Shown here: positions 11,592 to 21,765 of the stretch, in pieces | Layout: each line of letters begins with the position of its first letter | How positions within the stretch are numbered: position 1 is the stretch's first letter | Origin: Podarcis cretensis | Taxonomy: Eukaryota | NCBI GenBank assembly: GCA_951804945.1 | Contig: OX638159.1 | Coordinates: 38,812,001-38,876,000 of the forward strand | DNA length: 64,000 nucleotides | Direction: 5' to 3' | The notes under the pieces: model-generated | Told to the model about the DNA's origin: nothing | The model's input: only the letters and a program-made list of their open reading frames with translations | Databases searched by the model: none | Made by a program: the position numbers and the translations under genes

Positions 11592-12469
11592 CAAGAACTA
11601 ACTTAGTTGGTCTTTAAGGTGCTACTGGAAGGAATTTTTTTTTGTTTTGACTATGGCAGACCAACACGGCTACCTATCTGTAACTGGTTTTTATTTATTA
11701 ACTTCATCCAAACACATCAGCAAAACTCCACTGAATTCTTTCTGGCCTTACAAGGAAGTATTTAGGACTGCCGCCTTATAGTCAGTAAATATTTCCTACT
11801 CATTAAAGCAGGGAAAGAAAGAGGATCTCAGATTTCCTTAACATCTGAGAGCAACATGTGGCATTTGAATGCTGGGTAGCTTGAGGGATTGATTAATGTG
11901 CTGTTAATAAAATTTATTATACTTTAAGCTGCAAGTGATTTAAAGGTTGTTACTATAGGCACTTCCTAAATAGAGAATAACAATGAATATATTTATGGAT
12001 GGGAGCAGGGAGGCTGGTGTGTGACAGCTCAGAGCAAAAATCAGTCATCCTTGCTAATAGCCAAACTTTCCACTGGTTCATCAGCAGAATGCTAGTTATG
12101 GGCAAACTTTGAAGATGCGATTATGGACTGAGTTTGCCAGATAACTCATCATCATAAGATCCAGTAGTTCACTATTTCATGCAAAATGGGTTCATTTAAA
12201 TTAGTAGATAACTCACCAAGGAAACAAGACAAATTTTTATCACTGACAAAGGAAACATCCCACTTTGAAATCCATGTATTTCCTGAAGAAGCATACATGC
12301 TACCTGCTATAGCAATTGGTTTGCAACTAAATCGAGCCGTCTTGCAACCCAGGAGTACAATCCAAAGCTTTGAGCTTTGCAGCCAATATGCCTTTCACAC
12401 CACAGAACTTCATCTACACAGAAACAAGAGACTTATTTCTCTTGTCTCTCTTTGGACAACCACTTGGCC

Positions 12470-12587
12470 TAGGGCTGCCATACATCTGGAATTTTCCAGA
12501 CATAGTCGGTATTCAGCCCCCTTAAGCAGCATCCGGGGGCAGAAATCACTGAAACTTCTGGGAAAATCTGGATGTATGTCAGCTCAA
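12470..12587. mobile_element. Small DNA-transposon MITE
   Basis: TAGGGCTGCCATACATC...GATGTATGTCAGCTCA imperfect terminal inverted repeats. Confidence 0.5.
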
Positions 12588-12942
12588 GGTTGGTTGTGTA
12601 GATTTTGGCAACTCTAGTTAACCAGGCTAATTCACTTGAAGATTAAGGCTGTGATGGATATGCATAGAGGTTTGAAAGCAAGTCTCCAGCTGATTGGAGG
12701 GCAAATGTCTAAAGCTTTTCATAGTCAAGGGAATGATCTGTCGAAGGAGGAGGGGAATTCCCATCCTTACTAGAAACAGGTGGTGGCGGTGGGGTGCGTC
12801 AGCACTGTGCAAGAGCCTTTTGGGTTGTGCCTTCACAACAGTCAATGAACTCCCCACTGAGGGATGCCTTGGCTATGCAATATATTCCTTTTGGTGGCAG
12901 GTGAAGATGCTCTTCTTAAAACCAGGCTTTTAATAGGTGATA

Positions 12943-13306
12943 AAGGTAAAGGTAAAGGTACCCCTGACTGTTAGGTCCAGTCGCAGACGACTCTGGGGTT
13001 GTGGCGCTCATCTTGCTCTATAGGCTGAGGTAGCTGGCGTTTCTCCACAGGCAGCTTCCGGGTCATGTGGCCAGCATGACTAAGCTGCTTTGGGGGAACC
13101 AGAGCAGTGCACAGAAATGCCGTTTACCTTCCCGCCAGAGCGGTACCTATTTATCTACTTGCACTTTGACGTGCTTTCAGACTGCTAGGTGGGCAGGAGC
13201 AGGGACCAAACAACGGGAGCTCACCCCGTTGTGGGGATTCGAACCGCCAACCTTCCGATCGGCAAGCCCAAGGCTCAGTGGTTTAGACCACAGCGCCACC
13301 TGCGTG
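12943..13306 (-). mobile_element. Sauria SINE, near full length
   Basis: (ACCTTT)n tail seen as AAAGGT repeats, GGTTCGAATCCC B-box on the minus strand, GTAGATAAATAGGTACC core, TSD ATAGGTGATA at 12933-12942 and 13307-13316. Confidence 0.92.
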
Positions 13307-13777
13307 ATAGGTGATAGGTGAAGCCAATTGTAAGTATGACACTGCTATGATACTATTTATGTAGGCATTTTGCGTGAATTGGTTTAAATAATTTTGTGTT
13401 TGGCTTTGTTTTGTCGTACTCCACCCTGCGATTGTTGCAGAGAAGGGCACTATAAAATTAAGGGTGGGTTTGCAAATGTTCACTTGCACATATGTAGACT
13501 CACTGGCACCAGCTCCAATCAGGCAGGGGCTTCAGCCAGCCCATCAGCTACCTTGTTGCTTGCCTGGTGCAGAGCAAGGAGCCCCTGCCTTAACATAGCC
13601 TCCTGCCTAATCTTGATAAGGTGGGACATCCCACTCCCAGATAATTGCGCGCGCTCTCTCTCTCTCTCTCGTCTTCAGTGGTGACCAGCAGGAGTTCCTG
13701 CTCAAGAACCACTTCGCTGGCCACTTCTGGCATCTCCTGGATCCTCACATCTTGGACAATTTGGCCAAGGTCTAGCA

Positions 13778-14158
13778 CAGTGCTTCCCAAACTTTTTTTG
13801 GGGGGGGGCACTGCCCCCTTTGTTCCATAAACTCACCCCCCCCCAGTGCCTCCTACTTTACCCTATCAAAAGCATTGTTCAGAATGGCAGTTTCCATGAT
13901 TCACTAAGGAAGATAATAACGGAATAAAATTCAAATCAATAACAATTAATTGCAGATTTATTCAAAAGCCAATTAAAACTATTAAGTTTAGTTGATTCAA
14001 CAAAACTGCTCCACTTGATCCACTGAGGTCTGCTTTTTAAAGCCTTAGTCATTTACACTTCCAGTGCCCCCTTGCCATCTTCTTGGCTCTCAGTGCCCCC
14101 CCCCCCCCGAATCCCACCTCACTCCAAGGGCAAATATTTCCCACTTTGGGAAAAACTG
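13778..14158. mobile_element. hAT (Charlie-like) non-autonomous element
   Basis: TIRs CAGTGCTTCCCAAA / TTTGGGAAAAACTG; degenerate 8-bp TSD GTCTAGCA / GCCTAGAA. Confidence 0.7.
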
Positions 14159-14769
14159 GCCTAGAAGAAGTTCAATAATAAACACACAGGACATTATAAC
14201 AGAAATTCTTTTAAAAAAATGAAAAAAATGAGGGGTTAAAAAAAAATACCCTGTGCCCATTTTGCTCCAATATTTTTTGTTCTTTTAATGTTGTTGGGTG
14301 GCACAGGCTAGGACTGAGATATTTATAAACTTCCTATTACCTCATGACACGAGCCATCAGCAAAGTTAAACTGAGCACATACTTGACCTTTGCAATGAAT
14401 GCGTACATTGGTAGGAAGTTTTATGTGTACATTTCGGCATAAATAATACAGAAGCTCTGGGAGCCTCATTGCGCGGAGTGAGCCGAGACAGGCACCTGGG
14501 CCTTACAAACAGATGGCCAGACCATCTGAAATGGAGCACCCTCTTTTGGCTTTTTTGTTGCTCCCTGGTTCTAGTTTCGCTACCTTCTAGGTTTGTCTTC
14601 CTGGATGGGAATGAGATCACCACATAACTTTCTGATGATGACACACAGCAACAGGTTCTCCAGTTTGCCGGTCCTGCTGCTTTGGAATGTGATGACTATG
14701 TTGACAATTTGCATGGCATTGTGGAACACTTTTGAAAGGGCCTTTTTATTTTTTGGGGGAGGAAAGGTG

Positions 14770-15015
14770 AGTATGGCGGGAGACATGATAGCGGAGTATA
14801 ACATTCCGCAAGGCATGGAGAAAGTGGACAGGCCTTTCTCAGTATTCTAGAATCCAAGGGTCAGCCAATGAAGATGGGAAGATTCACTACAGACAAAAGG
14901 AAGTGCATAGTCACACAGCACATAGTTTAAACTGTGGAATTCATTTACCACAAGATGCAGTAATGGCCACTGGAATGACTTTAAAATAGGTTTAGACAAA
15001 GTCATGGAGGATAAG
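14770..15015 (+). mobile_element. CR1 LINE 3' fragment
   Basis: GGAGACATGATAG...GGAGAAAGTGGA...CTGTGGAATTCATT...TTAGACAAAGTCATGGAGG, the CR1 ORF2 C-terminal pattern. Confidence 0.75.
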
Positions 15016-15788
15016 CTCAGGGGCGGCCTGAGGCATTTCAGCAACCAAGACTAAACACCCCACTGCTGCCCCCAAAATGGGGAGGGGCAAGCTCTGTACG
15101 GGTGCTGCCACCCCTGACTGGCTGGGTGGGTGAGATCCCCCCACCTGCCCAACAACAAGGCAAAGTCCGTGAAAAGCCTCCCCCCACAATTGCCTGGCCA
15201 GGGATGGAGATCCCTTTCTGGTTGAATGTGAATTGGAAGAAATTAAAAATACCAGCGAATAGGTCGGGATTATAGATGCCTCAGTGCTTTACCTGGAGAG
15301 GGTCCCTGCTGTAATCCTTGCAACCTTGTGGTTGTTTTATCTATATTATAATAGGGTTTTCTACAGTATTACAGTGGAACAATGCAGTCCTTTATTCCTC
15401 CTCCCCTATTCCAGCTTCCTTACTTCTCTTCAAACTCATGCCCTCTTTTTAACTATGGTATTTTCATCTCTGTTGTACAGTTGTTAAGGATGCTGCAGGC
15501 TCAGATAATGAGTGTCAGGGTTCTGCTGGAGTCCCAGTTTAACATCCATTTAGTTGGGGAGGTTTCCATCCCTACATTGTGCCTCCTTCCACTTCTAGAA
15601 GAACTGCTAAGGAGGCATAATGTGGGTATCACTTGGCGAAGAGTTCCAAAAATGCATCCCCAAACTCTTTGAAACTTGACTGATTATGTAGTTCATAGAG
15701 TAGAATTTTCTCATGGTTGCAGGAGGTATTGCAGCTGGTTTTCTGTGCTTGTTGTGGTCTAGGCTTTCCAGTATTTAAGGATTATTCA

Positions 15789-15964
15789 CAGAGGCGGATT
15801 TAGAGGAGAGCAACCACTTCAATCACACTGGGCATGGAGCCTAGGGGGCGCTGCAGGGGACACCACAACTATTGTGTAGAATGGAGCACGAGAGGGGGGG
15901 CGACGCCAAATTTTGGCATTGCACAAGGCACTGCTGAAATGTAAGACCCCAAGGTCCGCCCCTG
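15789..15964. mobile_element. hAT MITE
   Basis: TIRs CAGAGGCGGA / TCCGCCCCTG; perfect 8-bp TSD ATTATTCA at 15781-15788 and 15965-15972. Confidence 0.85.
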
Positions 15965-17933
15965 ATTATTCATTTTGCTGCCAGTGTAGTTCAGTGGAAC
16001 CATCCTCCCTGTCCTTTTGATAACCCTCACCTGGCAGCTGTGCAACTATCTGCAGATAAAAAAGGATTGGGTAGCAGATGATGCAAAAGATCTCTGCCTG
16101 ACACCCTGGAGAGAATCAAAGTCAGTCAAGGAAGACAATACTACACAGACAGTCTGACTAGTATAAGGCAGATTTTTTTTGTATTTTTATCCTGTTGTGT
16201 GAAAAAGTGTAGATTGACATTAAGGAAGTCATTCAATTAAGAACCTTCTTGCAGTCCCCCATGCTGGAGCCGCTGTCAAGCATTTGAAGTGTGTATACAT
16301 GCAGACACATGAATGTACCTACGTGTTCTTTTTCAAAAATCAAGTAGGTGAACAAATGCCACTGGATAGCCAACGTCAGTGGCCGAGTAAAACACAGACC
16401 AGCCCTTTCATCTGTAAAAAGGCCCACACCCATCACACAACATAAAATTAGATTAGGCCTCATTCCCACTGGCGTGAGCATTGCCTCGCTCCTGTGGATG
16501 TCATTCCGAAGAAATGGTCTAATATAAACAAGGTGAAGGTTGACAGTCACAAAGTCCGTTCCATTTTTAAAATGGTTCTATATATTTCCATTGCTGGAAA
16601 TGGAAACTTACGATTGGCTCCCATAGTTACGTTTGCATGCAGCACTGTTACGTTGCAGCGAATTGTCTGAATTCCACTTTCACCTGCTCTTAAGCTGGCC
16701 CGTTTAAATGCAAGCTCAGGAAAAGAGATAAAAACTTGCTGAATAAAGCAAGGATATCCCTTGTGGAGTGCCAAGGAAAACATGCTTAGTTAAATGCGAC
16801 TGGTTCAGCTGCACCTGTAACTGACATTTGGACCTGCTTCACCGATGGAGCTACCCACATGCATGGACAGTATAGGTGGAGCTTTCCACGATCAGCTGCT
16901 CAGTTTGGTGGATCTTAATCTTGCCAGGGGTTTGCCCTGATGCAAGTAGTTGCCTGCATGAAGTGAGAATTGGATTATAATTCCACTTAACAAAAAACAC
17001 TAGCTCTAGTATTCTTGAAGCCTCAATTCAGTGGCAATTGCATGCCACATATATTAAATAAGTGGCTAAGGGTTACATCACAGGGTTTCTTTGTATTTAT
17101 AGCTGTCACAAGCATCACAGTAACCCTGGCTGTAAACTGATACTGAAGTATATGAAGAACCTGCTGGATTAGGCCAACAGCCCAGTTAGTCCAGCATCCT
17201 GTTCTCACAAAGTAATGTGGGAACTATCTGTTTAGCTCCGTGGAGCAAATTATGACATATACCCAGTTCAAACCAAGAAAGAGGTGAGACACAATCCCTT
17301 GTGAAATGCTTTCCAAATTCTGTTTGATTACCTTGCAAGCAAAGGCCCCTTTGCGAGGAGTCAGACATATGTCTGAGCAAACATGCATAGGATTGCAATG
17401 TTAGAAATTTAAACAGAGTTTTAAAACAAAACTAAAAGATTTTCCCAAGGACAAAACTGGACGAAGCTGCTCCAGAGGGCATTGCTGATGGCAAACATTT
17501 ACTTCATCCGGTTCAACTTGATTTTCCACTCTTGGTTTAGAAAGCAGACATCTATTTCAGCAGGCTCGACCAAAAGAAAGGTGGAAACTTCCATGACAGG
17601 GTTAGAATGATAATTTCTTTAAGCCTAGCTGCGGTGTTGGAGAAATAGTTCCCGAGAGATTAGTAGGAAATGTTTTAGATCATTTTAGCAGTTGTCTGAT
17701 AAATCAGGGATCAGTATGAGAGCCACATCCTCTCTTGGGCAGCCTTCCAAGACTCGAGAAGGGCACGAGGCAAGGCTGGTGAGGTAAGGAGAGTCCTGAG
17801 GGCTACCTAGAGGGGTGCAGACAGCTGTATTTCACACATGTGGCAAGCGACCCATCAGGTACATGAAGCATTTGTATGAGCCACAGAATCTCCTGAGCTC
17901 TAGAAGGTGAAACTAAGGGGAGCCTCAATACAT

Positions 17934-18543
17934 TTGTTGTTTAGTTGTTTAGTCGTGTCCGACTCTTCGTGACCCCATGGACCAGAGCACGCCAGGCACT
18001 CCTGTCTTCCACTGCCTCCCGCAGTTTGGTCAGACTCATGTTTGTAGCTTCGAGAACACTGTCCAACCATCTCATCCTCTGTCATCCCCTTCTCTTTGTG
18101 CCCTCCATCTTTCCCAACACCAGGGTCTTTTCCAGGGAGTCTTGCCTTCTCATGAGGTGGCCAAAGTATTGGAGCCTCAGCTTCACGATCTGTCCTTACA
18201 GAGAGCACTCAGGGCTGATTTCCTTAAGAATGGATAGGTTTGATCTTCTTGCAATCCATGGGACTCTCAAGAGTCTCCTCCAGCACCATAATTCAAAAGC
18301 ATCAATTCTTCGGCAATCAGCCTTCTTTATTGTCCAGCTCTCACTTCCATACATCACTACTGGGAAAACCATAGCTTTAACTATATGGACCTTTGTTGGC
18401 AAGGTGATGTCTCTGCTTTTTAAGATGCTGTCTAGGTTTGTTTTGTCATTGCTTTTCTCCCAAGAAGCAGGTGTCTTTTAGTTTCGTGACTGCTGTCACC
18501 ATCTGCAGTGATCATGGAGCCCAAGAAAGTAAAATCTCTCACT
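17934..18543 (-). mobile_element. Bov-B LINE, 5'-truncated and degenerate
   Basis: Colinear with 2215-2838; ORF fragment 18196-18402; carries an indel and a stop; complex 5' junction. Confidence 0.95.
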
Positions 18544-19569
18544 ACATAAAGTAGTAAAATCTCTCTATACATAAAGTCTTTTATGTATAGAGGCAGTCCT
18601 CATATCAAATAGAAGAGTGGGCAGGCAGTCCCATGGGGCAGCATGATTCAAGGAGTCTCCTTGAGGCTGGAGGACATGCACAAGTCCAGGCTCTCATGTT
18701 GGCTCTGACTCTGGCACAGAGGATTCGGGAGCATGCTCTGTTTATGTATTGGCCTACTAGTTCCATCCTGCCAAGAGCAGCAATACATTTCCTTGAGAGA
18801 TTCAACATAGGTGATGATACTGTCTTTAATATAAGGACGGATGTCTCTCCTCATTGTCCTTGCTCAGTCTGCCTGCTAGCTGTGGAGAGGAGGCTAAAGG
18901 CTACTTGTGCCAACTTCTAGTCTGTATCTTGAAGGTGGGAATTAGAGGATCCTGGGAAGCGAGCCAAGTCACACTTCAGTTGCATGGTTGCAGGTCAAAA
19001 AGTTGGGATAGTAGATAATCTCAGGAGCATAGTGGCTTTCTGCCAGTGTGTGGCCTGATTAGACTATCAGTAATGTCCCACGGTTTATCTGCTGTAGGAC
19101 AGATGGACCCCATTGGAGGATACTTTTCAGTTAGCCTTATTGGAAGATTCAGTGCACGAGTGGCACTGCTGTAAACAAAGCCCACAACTTTAGATTAAAG
19201 AGAGAGAGGAGAAGAGGTGGTTGTTTTCATATTCTTTGATCATGCATATTGCTAGAATCACCATAGGAAACAACCAGAGAGGCTTCCCCCTCTGCTCCTT
19301 CTTTATGTTGCTGCCAAGTTAAGATATGCCAATGCTTATACATGTGTAAACTCCATAGTGGGAAGCAGAGGTGCCAGCTTGTAAGGGTGATTGGGGTGGG
19401 GGCAATGATGTTGCTGGTGGTCCTGCTTCCTGCTCCTCCTCCTGATGATGCCACTGGTGGGAGGCTGCTTCAACCCTCCTTCCCCTCCATGGCAGAAGGA
19501 GGAGGAGGAGAAGGAGAAGGAGCAGGCCACTGGAGCTACACTATGGTCGGTTCCATGCTTTGGCTCCAT

Positions 19570-20020
19570 GCTATTCTAGGCTGCATCAGCAGAAGTATGG
19601 TGTCCAAAGTAAGGTACGTCATAGTACTATTCTGTTCTGCCTTGGTCAAGGGTCTGGAAACCAAGTCCAATGCCAGAGTGGTGTAGTGGTTAAGAGCGGT
19701 AGTGTCGTAATCTGGTGAACCGGGTTCGCGTCTCTGCTCCTCCACATGCAGCTGCTGGGTGACCTTGGGCTAGTCACACTTCTCTGAAGTCTCTCAGCCC
19801 CACTCACCTCACAGAGTGTTTGTTGTAGGGGAGGAAGGGAAAGGAGAATGTTAGCTGCTTTGAGACTCCTTCGGGTAGTGATAAAGCGGGATATCAAATC
19901 CAAACTCTTCTTCTTCTTCTTCTTATGAGAAATGGCTGAGGGAGTTGGGTATGTTTAGCCTGGATAAGAGGAGACTGAGAAGAGATAGGGTAACCACCTT
20001 CAAATATCTAAAAGGCTGCC
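19570..20020 (+). mobile_element. CR1 LINE fragment interrupted by a SINE
   Basis: ATTCTAGGCTGCATCA...TCTGCCTTGGTCA on the left and GMFSLDKRRLRRDRVTTFKYLKGCH on the right (CR1 ORF2 C-terminus). Confidence 0.75.
19672..19924 (+). mobile_element. tRNA-derived SINE (Squam3/CORE-like) with (TTC)n tail
   Basis: A-box TGGTGTAGTGG, B-box-like GGTTCGCGTC, GGGTGACCTTGGGC core; near-identical to 44990-45237. Confidence 0.85.
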
Positions 20021-21628
20021 ACCTTCCAGGTGTTTTGGACTACAATTCCCATCAACCCCAATGTTGCAAAGGCTGTAAAAGCGAGCTTCTTCTGAATATT
20101 CTGTTATTGGAGGGATTTGTATTCCATCAACAGGCCCTGCAGAAACCTGATTATAAAGGCATGGAGAGGAAACAGACACACACACACCAGTTGTACTCTG
20201 TATTAATATTGACAGAGTAAAAAAGCATTAATCTTTGGAAACCTAATAATTCTTGATGTGGATGAGAAATGTCTGTTTGTTTAGCCTCTCAGGTACAGCT
20301 TGATTCTGAATTTTGGCCCTTGCCAGGATTTATTCCATCGTGCTGAGCCTGCTCATTCCTTTCTTCACTGAATCTGTCCTCCTGAGCCTGTTCATTCCTT
20401 TGTTCATTCTTTTAATGTTTTAATGGGCTCCTTCATTCTTGTGCTGCTCTCCTACAGCACCAAGTTTCCTCTTCCCTTCTGCTCTTCCAGGGTTCGTCCA
20501 CCAGGCCAGCTGCACCATTGTGCTGAGTCGGCATTCTGGCACACTCCTGCGCTTCCTCTCGCTGACTCTCAGGAAGTCTTGCACGGAGCATAAAGTGAGC
20601 TCATAGCTGTGCAACAGGAGGGCACAGAGAGCAGCACCCAAAAGGAGCAGCGCAGCCTGCAGCACAATTGCCTCAATCAGAAGCCGGGTCTAAAGGGCTG
20701 GGTGTTGGCGAGAGTGTGGGCTCTAAGAAGAACAAACGGCTCATTTTTGTGGCCTTTTGGTTCCCAGAGAGCAGGATGCACTGCTGAAATGTGCTTGTGT
20801 AGGCATCTGGGTATGCATGGCCATTCTTTCAGCAGCACAGCCATCGCCTGTGTATATGGCAAAGAGTTCTCTGACAATGGAAAATTTGCATTTAGGGATG
20901 TTGGGGAATTCTGATGAAAATGGAAAGTGGAGCAGAAATTGCCAATATTCATTTTTTCCTTCCATGTCTGGAACAGAAATCAATCAAGTGAATAGGATTG
21001 GCATTGACTGTTGCTGTTGCTCTCAGTGCGCAATTGATTACACTCACCTCACACCATTTGCATTGTGTTTCCTTTGCATTGAAACAAATGGGGTGGAATA
21101 ATGTAATGACAACATAACTTACGTTGTATGCAGTTAATGACGTAAGCAATGTAATTTTGCCTCAATGGACAGTGAATGACATAGTTTTGGGCAGAAGAGG
21201 AACTACAAGAAAATGGAAACTGTGCTGCATGTGATGAATACAAAATGAAAATATTGGGGTAGAATTAAATGCTGCACTAACATGATGGTTCCATTAGTAC
21301 CAGCATTTCTGCTTTCCAGAGAGCATTCTTCTCTCCAACCCCATGTGCTGTTCTGGGCGTTCTCCCTCCCTCCACAGTGGATTTGGGGAAGGCATATGAG
21401 GCATGGGGGGGGGGGGAGGAGAAGGGAAAGCCCCACTGTATAATTGGAGTCCTTGCACCGGCTTCCATTAATGCACTGGGTTAACTGAAGGCGGGCCATA
21501 GCCCCTTAAAAACTGGTGGCAGCTACAAACCCAGCCAACCCACCATGGAATCATCTTCCTTGCAGTTTTTTAAAGTAAAGGTTAGGGAAACATTTTATGG
21601 GGAACCTACAGCAGTGGGTATCCTAAAC

Positions 21629-21765
21629 CAATGTTCTTCAAACTTGAATCTCCAAGTGTTGTTAAATTACAACTCCCATGATCCCCAGACAGTTGAGCCC
21701 AATGGTCACAGATGATGGGAGTTCTGGTCCATCAACATCTGAAGGCCCATGGTTGAAGAACACTG
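21629..21765. mobile_element. hAT MITE (URR1/MER5-like)
   Basis: TIRs CAATGTTCTTCAA / TTGAAGAACACTG; 8-bp TSD TCCTAAAC / TCCTAAAT. Confidence 0.8.

Larger units (their letters stand above)
11147..11682 (+). mobile_element. Penelope-like element remnant: ~245-bp near-perfect inverted pseudo-LTR pair with 34-nt 3' tail
   Basis: Arms 11146-11390 and 11403-11648 (one substitution, one homopolymer indel), 12-bp spacer, tail at 11649-11682, 15-bp TSD ACTGGTTTTTATTTA at 11132-11146 and 11683-11697, hammerhead in each arm. Confidence 0.85.
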
